Source: an uncultured candidate division Zixibacteria bacterium
Lineage (GTDB): Bacteria; Zixibacteria; MSB-5A5; UBA10806
Length of the DNA stretch: 64,000 nt
Assembly: GCA_963817915.1 (NCBI GenBank)
Contig: CAWFQL010000016.1
Span: 128,171 to 192,170, forward strand
Direction of reading: 5' to 3'
Made by a program: the position numbers and the translations under genes. Shown piece by piece: positions 1-9,351 of the stretch. The notes under the pieces are model-generated. The model had not been told where the DNA came from, ran no database searches, and saw only the letters and a program-made list of their open reading frames with translations. Within the stretch, counting starts at the first letter, position 1. The number at the start of each line of letters is the position of its first letter.

Positions 1-396
1 ACGCGGACTGCGGCGAGCACGATAGATCGCATTATCGATGTTTTCCCTTCGGTGCAGCAGCAGCAGATACGAATAATGCTGGCCGATTCAATTATCGGAG
101 TCATTTCACAACAGCTCGTCAGAAAAGCCGATAATTCCGGGCGAACTGTAGCGTTTGAGCTTCTAACGAGAGCGGCTTCCCTCTCTAATCTCATAAGAGA
201 AGCCAAGACCCATCAAATACCAACGGCGATACAAACCGGGAAAAAATTGGGAATGCAGCTACTCGATAATCATCTACGAGAGCTTATTGACAATGGGACA
301 ATAACCCCCGACGAAGCCATGCGAGTCGCTATCGATCCGGCGACCTTCAATTCATACAAAACGAGCCGAACTTCTCAGGAGTTTGTGAAAGTCTAA
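1..396 (+). CDS. pilT: Twitching-motility ATPase PilT, C-terminal fragment; the gene starts upstream of the window
   Basis: Frame 1 is open from nt 1. The translation IDRIIDVFP..QQQQIRIMLADS..TGKKLGMQLLDNHL matches the conserved PilT/PilU C-terminal region. Stop at 394-396. Confidence 0.8.
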   Translation, partial: TRTAASTIDRIIDVFPSVQQQQIRIMLADSIIGVISQQLVRKADNSGRTVAFELLTRAASLSNLIREAKTHQIPTAIQTGKKLGMQLLDNHLRELIDNGTITPDEAMRVAIDPATFNSYKTSRTSQEFVKV

Positions 397-2546
397 TGGG
401 AGCGAACACCAGAAAAATACGACTCGACGAAATCCTCATGCGTGAGGGATTTATTGATAAAAATCAAGTCGCGGAGGCGCTGCTTCGTCAAAAAGCCCAT
501 GGCGGCAAATTCGGCTCCCAGCTTCTCTATCATCGCTATATCGACGAGCCAACCCTGGTCAAAGCGCTTTCAATTCAATTCGAATGCGAAGGTATCGTGC
601 TTTCCGAAATTGAAATTCCGGATTCGGTCATTAAACTGATTCATCCGCGATTGGTGACTTCGCGAAAGATCATTCCATTCGAATATGACGCCAAGGCCAA
701 TATCCTCAAAGTGGCCTGTATTGACCCATCGGATCCGAATGTAATCAACGAAGTGAGCTTCATGGCGCCCGGCAAAAAGGTTAAATTTTATGTGGCCGCC
801 GAACTTGCAATCGAGACAGCTATCGAAAAATACTACCTTGGACGAAAAACCAAACTCGATGACAATTTGCTTATAGATATACCCGAAGTTGTTGTCGAGA
901 CAAGCGGTAAGCCGGTTCCAAACAAACAAATACAGGCACCCGATAAAGCAGGATCATCAAAATCAATTTTGATTATTACCGACGAAGAATACAATGCCTC
1001 TTTACTGCAATCCATATTTGAACGGGATAGCTATAAAGTCCATATCTGCGAAAACATTGAGAAAGCCGGCGAATACGTAGATCGAGAAAGATTTTGCGCC
1101 GTATTGATAAGAGACACATTAGAGGGCGATTTCAACAATCTGGTCGATAGAATCCGCAGAAATTCGCCTCAGACTCTAATTCAGAAATATAAGACAACAT
1201 CGTCATTGATATTGGGCGATGATGATTACGCTGGAGCCGAGGATATCCTCAAGCGCAATCTCGATCTTTTTACATCGATGCTCTCCTCAAAAGACAGTCT
1301 TCCCGAAAATCATAGCGGAATGGTCGGTCGAAATGTTGACAAGCTATGCCGCAAGCTCGGTATTCCATTGAAGGATCGCCTGACCGTGACCAATGCCGGT
1401 TATATTCACGATCTGGCCAAATATTATTACAGAGAAATCGATCCCAAGGATTACCACGCCATAATTGGATTTTCTATCAAGCTCCTGGAATCATTGGATT
1501 ATACGCCTTCGGTAATCGGAATTCTAAAAGCGATGTACAAGGACCTCAAAGGGGAATATGCCCATAATCTTCCGCTGGAAATATTAGGCGGCAATATTCT
1601 TACGATAGTCGACCTCTTCTGCGAAAATATACCATTCGATCAAAGGCTGACACTCGACAAGTTTGACGCTGTCAAGAAGAGGCTCAGAGACCTTTCGGGG
1701 AAATTATTCCTAAGCGAGGTAGTTGAAGCGTTTATCTCGATGATTCAGGAAGAGATTTTGAATATTCAGACAATCGGCAATGTCGGCCAGATAATGCTTT
1801 ATACCAATGATCCCCAGGCATCATATCCGCTCGAATTGCGATTGAAGAATGAAGGCTTCCGCAATATCACTGAAAATTCGCTGGAGGCATTCGCCGAGCT
1901 ATATCATAGATCGCGGCCTGATATTATTATTCTAAGTCTCAGGGGTGAGCCTGAAAAAATAATCGATGCTATCGATGAGCTTGCTCGCTTGGGGCTCGAA
2001 TACAAAAAGACCCCTACATTCCTGCTCGTGGATATATCTAAATCATCCAAGCTGGCGCCGCTTTTTGAAAAAGGAATCGAGGATGTTATCTCCAACGATG
2101 CCAATTATGATCTGCTGATTGTCAAAATGCGAAAGATTCAGGCCCATCTCGAAGAAGAAGCCAGACAGAGCATAGATCCGAAATCAGCCAATAATGAAGT
2201 TGTCGGGGCAAGAGGACGGCTTTCGGATATGAACCTGATCGATCTAACCCAGGCGCTTGCCCCAGGAAGACGGACCGTGAAGATAACTGTAATTAACCAG
2301 GATTCCAGTGATGATAAGCTTATAATTTATCTAAATAAAGGTAGCATTGTATTCGCCCAGCTTAATGACAAGAAAGGTCCAATGGCTATCTACGAAGGTA
2401 TGGCGTGGTCTGATGGCGCCTGGGTAGTCGAACCTATTACGCCCGATAATATTCCCGAGCCCAATAATGATCTCTCCAACGACGCTATCCTCATGGAAGG
2501 CGCCTATCAACTCGACGAAAGAGTCAGAGCCGGAAAATTAGTCTAA
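396..2546 (+). CDS. Multidomain signalling protein: N-terminal T2SSE_N/MshEN-like c-di-GMP-binding domain, receiver-like domains, HD-type domain, C-terminal DUF4388-like domain
   Basis: The ATG overlaps the pilT stop (TAATGG). The N-terminus resembles the GspE N-terminal (MshEN) fold. A central H..HS..V..LA..LG...IHDLAK segment resembles an HD/HD-GYP core. Two CheY-like segments lack the phospho-accepting Asp. The C-terminus (DLTQALAPGRRTVKITV...GSIVFAQL) resembles DUF4388. Confidence 0.55.
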   Translation: MGANTRKIRLDEILMREGFIDKNQVAEALLRQKAHGGKFGSQLLYHRYIDEPTLVKALSIQFECEGIVLSEIEIPDSVIKLIHPRLVTSRKIIPFEYDAKANILKVACIDPSDPNVINEVSFMAPGKKVKFYVAAELAIETAIEKYYLGRKTKLDDNLLIDIPEVVVETSGKPVPNKQIQAPDKAGSSKSILIITDEEYNASLLQSIFERDSYKVHICENIEKAGEYVDRERFCAVLIRDTLEGDFNNLVDRIRRNSPQTLIQKYKTTSSLILGDDDYAGAEDILKRNLDLFTSMLSSKDSLPENHSGMVGRNVDKLCRKLGIPLKDRLTVTNAGYIHDLAKYYYREIDPKDYHAIIGFSIKLLESLDYTPSVIGILKAMYKDLKGEYAHNLPLEILGGNILTIVDLFCENIPFDQRLTLDKFDAVKKRLRDLSGKLFLSEVVEAFISMIQEEILNIQTIGNVGQIMLYTNDPQASYPLELRLKNEGFRNITENSLEAFAELYHRSRPDIIILSLRGEPEKIIDAIDELARLGLEYKKTPTFLLVDISKSSKLAPLFEKGIEDVISNDANYDLLIVKMRKIQAHLEEEARQSIDPKSANNEVVGARGRLSDMNLIDLTQALAPGRRTVKITVINQDSSDDKLIIYLNKGSIVFAQLNDKKGPMAIYEGMAWSDGAWVVEPITPDNIPEPNNDLSNDAILMEGAYQLDERVRAGKLV

Positions 2547-2643
2547 ATCCGCATTTAGTTAGATTATCTCTAAATTATTTATTAATATAATACGAATCCT
2601 GGGCCTTCCGGGATGCTGAACTTGGGGAAATGGAGATTTAGCG

Positions 2644-3102
2644 GTGAGAAGAAATGATAAGGCGATAAAAGATTTTATTGAAATAGAAGATATAATCAAG
2701 CGCGCCATCGTTTGCCGCGTGGCACTGAGCGATAACAAGATTCCATATATAGTACCGGTAAATTTCGGTTATAAAAATCAAATTCTATTTTTTCACTGTG
2801 CCCGCGAAGGGAGAAAAATCGATATCATCAGGCAAAATAGCAATGTCTGTGTAGAATTCGATATCGACCACGATTTAAGTGTCACTGACACCGCTTGCGA
2901 ATGGAGTTTCAAATATCGCAGCGTTATTGGTTTTGGTAAGGCGGAAATTATTGATAACCTCGAAGAAAAAAGAGCAGCGCTTGATATTATTATGAACCAC
3001 TATTCAAATCAAAATTATCAGTATAAAGACGAAAAAATCAAAAACATCCTGATAGTAAAAATCACCTTAGATACATTAACCGGCAAGAAATCCGGGTATT
3101 GA
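2644..3102 (+). CDS. Pyridoxamine 5'-phosphate oxidase-like FMN-binding family protein
   Basis: 152 aa. Pattern R.AIVCRVAL..N..PYIVPVNF....ILFFHCA.EG.K is typical of the PNPOx split-barrel family. Confidence 0.55.
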   Translation: MRRNDKAIKDFIEIEDIIKRAIVCRVALSDNKIPYIVPVNFGYKNQILFFHCAREGRKIDIIRQNSNVCVEFDIDHDLSVTDTACEWSFKYRSVIGFGKAEIIDNLEEKRAALDIIMNHYSNQNYQYKDEKIKNILIVKITLDTLTGKKSGY

Positions 3103-3148
3103 TGACGGATTGAGAATAATTAATTTCCGCTCTCGCCCAAAAGCGCTA

Positions 3149-4102
3149 TTATTTTTTGTTCAGCAGCAGCGGATGGGCATCCGAATTTATTCCGATTATT
3201 TTGGCATCTCTGATGTCGTGGGCTAATATCACCGAAGGTCTGGCGTCGTCGAGCCCGAAGCCCCTACCGGCCAAGGTCTCTCTATAGACGATAGTATGCA
3301 GGTCGGTGAATCCCTCTGAAAACTCTATTTCTTCGCCGTCGATTGTGATAGATCGGTAGGTTCTTTTATTGTTTTCTTTTGTTTCTGCAGGCAAATCTGA
3401 TTTGTCTATCGAAAGATACCATTTCACGTTGGCATTCTCCAATTCAAGCAAACCCCCGATATGAGTAGAATCGGAAAAATGTACATCGCATTTTTGCGGT
3501 TTGCCAAAAAACCAGATTAAAAGATCGAAAAAATGAATCCCGATATTTGTCGCCAGTCCTCCCGAGCTTTCGATTTTACCTTTCCACGAAACCAAATACC
3601 AGGCGCCACGGGAAGTGATATAAGTCAGCACGACCTCTTTTTTATGGCTGCTTTTTTCCTTCCTTAGCTTTTCACGAAGAGCCACCAACGATGGATGGAC
3701 TCGCAACTGAAGGATTGTGAATATTCTATGGCCGCTTTCGCGCTCCAGTTCCTGAAGGGCATCGATATTCCAGGGATTCAACACAACCGGCTTCTCGCAA
3801 ATGGCATCGGCCTCTACCCTCAATGCGAACCTGGCGTGAGCATCGTGAAGATAATTGGGCGAGCAGATGGTCACATAATCAATCTTTTGATCTTTGTTTT
3901 GCCGTCTTAGCTTTTCGATATGTCTGTCGAATCGTTCGAACTCAGTGAAGAAACGCACATCATCAAAATAGCTATCCAGGACTCCAACGGAATCATTGGG
4001 ATCGACAGCCGCCACTAATCTATTGCCTGTTTCTTTGATTGCTTTTAAGTGTCTGGGGGCTATATAGCCGCCGACTCCAGTTAACGCGAAAATCTTTGCC
4101 AT
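3149..4102 (-). CDS. Gfo/Idh/MocA family NAD(P)-dependent oxidoreductase
   Basis: N-terminal Rossmann motif ALTGVGGYIAPRHLKAIK, then the conserved EKP motif and a C-terminal alpha/beta domain. Confidence 0.7.
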   Translation of the reverse strand: MAKIFALTGVGGYIAPRHLKAIKETGNRLVAAVDPNDSVGVLDSYFDDVRFFTEFERFDRHIEKLRRQNKDQKIDYVTICSPNYLHDAHARFALRVEADAICEKPVVLNPWNIDALQELERESGHRIFTILQLRVHPSLVALREKLRKEKSSHKKEVVLTYITSRGAWYLVSWKGKIESSGGLATNIGIHFFDLLIWFFGKPQKCDVHFSDSTHIGGLLELENANVKWYLSIDKSDLPAETKENNKRTYRSITIDGEEIEFSEGFTDLHTIVYRETLAGRGFGLDDARPSVILAHDIRDAKIIGINSDAHPLLLNKK

Positions 4103-4294
4103 TTATTTTATCCCTGCTTGTTTATCGCTCCATATTAATTTCATACGAGCTAATTATATCATCACCGGCTCGAATTCGCAAAAACTATCTCAGCATATGA
4201 ATTCCCTGATTATGCGTCTGATGGCGAGATTAGTACGCCGATAAATGCCAGAATTGCCTTGCCCGTATCTTTTCTGCGGATTATCATAAATTTG

Positions 4295-4669
4295 ATGCAT
4301 GAATTGGCGATCGCGGAATCAATTGTGAAATTCGTCCTCGAAGAGGCGGAGAAAAGGCATTTCCCCAAAATCATATCGATTAATGTCCGAATCGGCATAC
4401 TTACTGAAATCGTGCCAGATTCTTTGCAGTTTGGTTTTGAAACCATTACGAAAGAATCCCCCCTGCAGGGAGCTAATCTCAATATAGTATCGGTCCCGAT
4501 CAAGGCTGTCTGCCTGGAATGCAAGAATGAATTTGAAGTTGTCGATTTTCTATTTGTCTGTCCAAAATGCTCTTCCGGCAATATTAAGGTTCTACAGGGA
4601 AATGAAATTGAGATAACCGGTATCGAAATTGAAGATGAAGTCTACTCCAATGGAAAATCCAAAGATTGA
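4295..4669 (+). CDS. hypA: Hydrogenase nickel incorporation protein HypA
   Basis: Begins MHELAIAESIV and ends with CxxC...CPxC zinc ribbons (CLECKNEF...CPKCSS). The track ORF starts 36 nt upstream at an alternative ATG. Confidence 0.85.
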   Translation: MHELAIAESIVKFVLEEAEKRHFPKIISINVRIGILTEIVPDSLQFGFETITKESPLQGANLNIVSVPIKAVCLECKNEFEVVDFLFVCPKCSSGNIKVLQGNEIEITGIEIEDEVYSNGKSKD

Positions 4670-4695
4670 GAACTTGATGTTCTTGAGGCAATTGA

Positions 4696-5367
4696 ATGTC
4701 TGAATTAATTCCTCTCGATAAAAAAATACTTTCCGAAAACGACAGATTGGCCGCCCAAATTCGGGCAAGGCTCAATGAAAATAAAATATTAGCCTTAAAT
4801 CTGGTCAGCTCCCCCGGATCAGGGAAAACAAGCTTATTGGAAAAAACCTTAAAGGCATTGAATAAGGATTTAAGAATTGCCATTATCGCGGGAGATGTCC
4901 AAACCGAAAATGACGCCAATCGTCTGAAAAAGGCAGGCGGCAAGATTGTCAGGGCGATTGTCACGGGAAGCGCTTGTCATCTCGATGCCCGGATGATCTC
5001 AAAAGCATTAGAAGATATGGAATTAGATAAGATTGACTTGCTATTTATTGAAAATGTCGGCAATCTCGTATGCCCCTCGAATTATGATCTGGGAGAAGAT
5101 CAAAAAGTGGTGCTTATCAGTGTTACCGAGGGCGATGACAAGCCACTGAAATACCCATCAATGTTTCGCCGTTCTTCGACAATGATTATTAACAAAACGG
5201 ACCTGATAGATTATTGCGATTTCAGCATGGAAAATGTCTCTAAAAATGCGCTTCAGATCAACGCCAACCTTAATATAATATCGTTATCCTGCCGCACTGG
5301 AGATGGTCTCGACAATTGGTACTCCTGGCTGAAAACTGCTGTAGTACTTAAAAGACAATCCGACTGA
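4696..5367 (+). CDS. hypB: Hydrogenase nickel incorporation GTPase HypB
   Basis: P-loop SPGSGKTSLL and the ENVGNLVCP motif. Immediately follows hypA. Confidence 0.85.
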   Translation: MSELIPLDKKILSENDRLAAQIRARLNENKILALNLVSSPGSGKTSLLEKTLKALNKDLRIAIIAGDVQTENDANRLKKAGGKIVRAIVTGSACHLDARMISKALEDMELDKIDLLFIENVGNLVCPSNYDLGEDQKVVLISVTEGDDKPLKYPSMFRRSSTMIINKTDLIDYCDFSMENVSKNALQINANLNIISLSCRTGDGLDNWYSWLKTAVVLKRQSD

Positions 5368-5489
5368 GCTGATCACTCGATAAAATAATGGACGATTAAA
5401 GTCCATCTTGTTAGTTTGTAAAGCTATTAAACTACCCCCTAAATGGAAAAACCCCATAAAGTTTATAAAAAAGTTGTCGAAATCTATTA

Positions 5490-5525
5490 TTGTTATTGAC
5501 AATTTATGACTTTGGTCATAAAAAC
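5490..5525 (+). promoter_or_regulatory. Candidate sigma70-type promoter (TTGACA-17-TAAAAA) with an embedded palindrome ATGAC-N5-GTCAT upstream of the cytochrome operon
   Basis: ttgacaatttatgactttggtcataaaaa lies about 180 nt upstream of the decahaem cytochrome start. The palindrome overlaps the spacer in an operator-like arrangement. Confidence 0.3.
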
Positions 5526-5705
5526 GGGAATTGCATGCGATTAATGGATTAGTCGCTGCGATGCTAAAGAGGGATGAGGGGTTCTAAACAAAGGTAAAAT
5601 CTCAAAGATAAACTAATAATCTCTATAAATATGGGGAAAGCGACAGTTGAAGTGCCTAAGGTTTGTGAAAATAATAACAAATACCAGTTTAAGGACTAAA
5701 TCGTA

Positions 5706-6659
5706 ATGGACAAAACGTTAAAACTTGTCATCGGTGCGGTCACAATCCTATGCCTGTCTATTTTCTTTGCGGCATCTGCGTCTTCCAAGCAATACAGCAG
5801 ACAGGAAATGATTGAGAAATCCGCGGCTTGTTTCGATTGTCATTCGGAGCAAGTCACATCTCTGGCCGGAACGCCTCACCAAATCGGCGCCGCCACAGAT
5901 CTAAAGTCACCAGTAACGGTAGGATGTATCGGATGCCATGACGGATGGGAAAAGCATCTCGAAGGGCCGTCAACCGAGAACATCAAGAAACCATCCAACG
6001 CCAGCCAGGCTGATCAGGCCGAAATCTGCGGCCGTTGTCACGTGACAACCCATCAGCAGGCGATGGTTTCGACAGACCCTCATGTCCGAGGCAATGTCAC
6101 ATGCCTTACCTGCCATTCGATTCACGGCAACAAGACGGCCAAGCTGACAAAAGATGGCGATGATAATTATTGCGCGTCGTGTCATACTAATGTCATGCTT
6201 GAATTCAAACGCCGTTCGGCTCATCCTCTAAATTCGGGCAATATTCGCTGCACAAGCTGTCACGCTCTCTCGTCCATAAAGGACAAGACATTGGCAGTGG
6301 GCATCGACTGGACTTGCCAGAATTGCCATTCCGACAAATCGGGACCGTTCCCGTATGAGCATCCGGTGGTCAATAATCATCTGGTCAATGGCGGCGGCTG
6401 CACGGAATGTCATCAACCTCACGGCTCTAATAACGATCGTTTGTTGAACGAGCCGGATAGAAGACTTTGTCAGCAATGCCATTCGACTCCGCCCGGCCAT
6501 TTCACGAATCATGACGGTCTGGGCAGCAAGCTCGAATGTCAAAATTGTCATTCGGATATTCACGGTTCATTTGATAATAGAAAACTCCTTGATCCCAATT
6601 TGGGAACAAGGTATTTCCCGGATTGTTTCCAGTCCGGCTGTCACATATTCGGCAATTAA
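5706..6659 (+). CDS. Periplasmic decahaem c-type cytochrome (MtrA/OmaB-like)
   Basis: N-terminal signal peptide. Ten canonical CxxCH motifs plus one possible CX4CH (CFQSGCH) in 317 aa. Confidence 0.8.
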   Translation: MDKTLKLVIGAVTILCLSIFFAASASSKQYSRQEMIEKSAACFDCHSEQVTSLAGTPHQIGAATDLKSPVTVGCIGCHDGWEKHLEGPSTENIKKPSNASQADQAEICGRCHVTTHQQAMVSTDPHVRGNVTCLTCHSIHGNKTAKLTKDGDDNYCASCHTNVMLEFKRRSAHPLNSGNIRCTSCHALSSIKDKTLAVGIDWTCQNCHSDKSGPFPYEHPVVNNHLVNGGGCTECHQPHGSNNDRLLNEPDRRLCQQCHSTPPGHFTNHDGLGSKLECQNCHSDIHGSFDNRKLLDPNLGTRYFPDCFQSGCHIFGN

Positions 6660-6668
6660 GGAGGGGCG

Positions 6669-8216
6669 ATGAAAACGGTTAACAAAATCTTGATCGCCGC
6701 GATTCTGACTATTTTTACCACAAGTCTGGTATTTGCTGGTGGCAGCGGCGACCTAAAACTCGGTTATACTTATCTTTCCGATAAGGGAAATCTGGCAATG
6801 AGCCAGCCGACATTCAATGATTATAAAGGTATCGGGCTCTCTCTTGAAAATTTCAGATATCAGTGCAGCAAGGGAACGATTTTCCGCGCGGACCTGAAAA
6901 ATATCACTCTCGACAATCGCAATCTCAATCTCGGTATCGAAAAAGCGGGCCTATGGGGCCTCAACGCCAACTTGAACAAGTATCGCAGGATTTACGATTT
7001 CGAAGGTAAGGATGCGACCAAGCGCGACCAATTTGGAAGCGATCTTTGGGTAAATCTGAATAAGAGACTGAGAATATTCGGCGGATTTTCATCGATTGGA
7101 TTGAAGGGGAAAATCGACGATTCATTCAATCTCGGCGCGGATGCTCCCCGTCAGATGGAATACAGTCAAAAGAATTACAATGTCGGCGCCAGAATTAATT
7201 GCAATGGCGGCATGTTCCAGGCCGAGTATTTGAAAATAAATTACAAAGATAAAAAGATTTCCGATAGAGACCAGGACCGTCAGAATGTAAGGCTTAACGC
7301 TCTGATGCCGGTTTTGAAGAATAATCGATTGATCGCGTCCGGCGGATTCCAATCATTCGAGACAAAATACACCGCCAGCGGCTTTAAGATCAAATCGAAT
7401 ACAGTTTGGGGCGGTGGCCTTTTGAATTTGCCGCATCATTTTTCGGTTAATTATAATTTCATCTTCAATCGCGCCGGTTCCGATAGCGATATGGTCAAGA
7501 CCGACAATATCGCCAATACGGTTTATTTGAATCATGTCTGGCCAAATCTCGCCGGTTTGACAGTCGGTTATCAGAACGATATCCGCGACGATTTCGACAA
7601 GCAATTAAAATCCAATTCATATTATTTCTCCGGATGGGTTACCAAAAACCGTTGCGAATTGAGGGCAGACTACGGCTCGCGCGCCGAAGATGTAAAGAAG
7701 GGCACGAGACTGGTCGGCAACGAAGACCGCACCCGATTCAAAGTTCAGACCAAATACCGTTATACCGATGCCACCTGGCTGGGATTGTCGTACGAGGGCA
7801 AGCAACGCAAGAATGATGATATCGGAAGCAAAGCCGACTTCAATCGCTTTGGTGCTCAATGCGCCGTAAAATTTGGCGATCTGTTTAATCTCAATGGCGG
7901 CTATTTCTACGCCACCGGAAAATATAAAAATATCGAATCCGAATTCAAATTCACAGATCATGAATTATTCGGCGATATTACATTAAAAGAATTTTGCAGA
8001 TTAACACCCGGATTCGGCGCGCTTTATTATAGAAGCAAACGCGATCTTGATATTGAGCATTTCAATCTCAGATTCAGCGGCACATACAGGCTGGTCTCTG
8101 ATTTTGAATTGGAAGCGATTTACAACGTTTACAATTTCGATGATTTTCTTGTTAGCGACAGATATTATACTTCAAACATAGTTGAAATAAACTTAATTAA
8201 GGGATTTTCATTCTAA
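6669..8216 (+). CDS. Outer-membrane beta-barrel protein, putative porin component of a porin-cytochrome conduit
   Basis: Signal peptide, alternating amphipathic beta-strand pattern, terminal ...KGFSF (C-terminal Phe). Flanked by multihaem cytochromes with short intergenic gaps (9 and 16 nt). Confidence 0.55.
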   Translation: MKTVNKILIAAILTIFTTSLVFAGGSGDLKLGYTYLSDKGNLAMSQPTFNDYKGIGLSLENFRYQCSKGTIFRADLKNITLDNRNLNLGIEKAGLWGLNANLNKYRRIYDFEGKDATKRDQFGSDLWVNLNKRLRIFGGFSSIGLKGKIDDSFNLGADAPRQMEYSQKNYNVGARINCNGGMFQAEYLKINYKDKKISDRDQDRQNVRLNALMPVLKNNRLIASGGFQSFETKYTASGFKIKSNTVWGGGLLNLPHHFSVNYNFIFNRAGSDSDMVKTDNIANTVYLNHVWPNLAGLTVGYQNDIRDDFDKQLKSNSYYFSGWVTKNRCELRADYGSRAEDVKKGTRLVGNEDRTRFKVQTKYRYTDATWLGLSYEGKQRKNDDIGSKADFNRFGAQCAVKFGDLFNLNGGYFYATGKYKNIESEFKFTDHELFGDITLKEFCRLTPGFGALYYRSKRDLDIEHFNLRFSGTYRLVSDFELEAIYNVYNFDDFLVSDRYYTSNIVEINLIKGFSF

Positions 8217-8232
8217 GAAGGAGAGGGAATCT

Positions 8233-9288
8233 ATGAAGAAGATTCTACTAATCACTGCGGCCCTGGCTATCTTGCTGTTCTTGGTTTCTGGATGCGAACG
8301 GAAGGTAGTCAATCAGGCTAGCAATGACGCAAACACAACGTGTTTCATGTGCCATAACGGCGACGGCCGTATCGAGACCGCCGACGCTCAATGGCGGAAC
8401 TCACTGCACGGTTCAGGCAGATTGACATTCGACACCAACCGTTCTGGCTGCTCGGCATGCCATACTCAGCCCGGTTTTATTGAACAGGTAAATACCGGCG
8501 GAACCGCTAGCGCTCCATATGCCAATATCACGGCTATCGGATGCCATACCTGCCATATGCCGCATGAGTCTGGCAATCTTGACCTCAGGACCACAGCCGC
8601 GGTCGCGTTGCTCGATGGTTCTACATTTGACCACGGCGAGGCGAATCTTTGCGCCAGCTGCCATCATTCTCGTTTGGCAGTATCAGTTATAGCTGATGCC
8701 GGCGACAGCATTTCGCTCACAAGCAGCCGTTGGGGCCCGCATCACGGCCCGCAGGGCGACCTTATCAATGGTACTAATGCTTATGAATATGCCGGAGTCA
8801 CTTACCCGACATCGAGCCCTCACGCCGCTGCGATCACCAATGCATGCATTGGATGCCACATGGGCAGCGCAGTGATTGAAGAAGGTTACAAGGTCGGCGG
8901 TCATAGCTGGAACATGGTTGACGCGGCAGACGAATCTATTAATCTTGCTGACAATTGCGTAGCATGCCATGAAAGCATGCCTGAAGGCGCTGCAAGTTAT
9001 GACGAAATGACCGTTTCGGTTAATTGGAATGGCGCGGATACGACGGTAAATTGCCAGAGCTTCATCGTATTCCTGTCCGATTCGTTACAGACACTACTTG
9101 TCGCTGACTCTCTCTTAACCAGCAGTGGCAGCGTAATTACTCAGACGGTTGAAGCCGGCAAAGCCGGAGCAATCTATAATCTGAAATTTATCCAGGAAGA
9201 TCGTTCCGAGGGCATTCACAACTACCCATATTCATTGGCTCTCTTGACTTCAGCTATTGACTATTTGAATGATCATCCAGCACCGTAG
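8233..9288 (+). CDS. Hexahaem c-type cytochrome lipoprotein, probably cell-surface
   Basis: Lipobox LVSGC. Six CxxCH motifs. Confidence 0.75.
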   Translation: MKKILLITAALAILLFLVSGCERKVVNQASNDANTTCFMCHNGDGRIETADAQWRNSLHGSGRLTFDTNRSGCSACHTQPGFIEQVNTGGTASAPYANITAIGCHTCHMPHESGNLDLRTTAAVALLDGSTFDHGEANLCASCHHSRLAVSVIADAGDSISLTSSRWGPHHGPQGDLINGTNAYEYAGVTYPTSSPHAAAITNACIGCHMGSAVIEEGYKVGGHSWNMVDAADESINLADNCVACHESMPEGAASYDEMTVSVNWNGADTTVNCQSFIVFLSDSLQTLLVADSLLTSSGSVITQTVEAGKAGAIYNLKFIQEDRSEGIHNYPYSLALLTSAIDYLNDHPAP

Positions 9289-9304
9289 GATCATTCTCTA
9301 AGAT

Positions 9305-9340
9305 AAAAGCCCTCGTCACAATGACGGGGGCTTTTTTTAT
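9305..9340 (+). terminator. Rho-independent terminator
   Basis: aaaagccctcgtcacaatgacgggggctttttttat: a GC-rich stem followed by a T7 tract, directly after the cytochrome stop. Confidence 0.6.
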
Positions 9341-9351
9341 TGGCTGTTTTT

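Noticed and set aside
570-1015. Antisense ORFs of 119 and 60 aa inside the MshEN-domain gene
   Set aside because: They lie entirely inside a well-supported longer ORF on the opposite strand. No start context, low-complexity translation.
5970-8667. Multiple minus-strand ORFs (84-114 aa) inside the cytochrome and porin genes
   Set aside because: Shadow ORFs of GC-rich, Cys/His-codon-rich coding sequence. No homology, and they overlap conserved genes.
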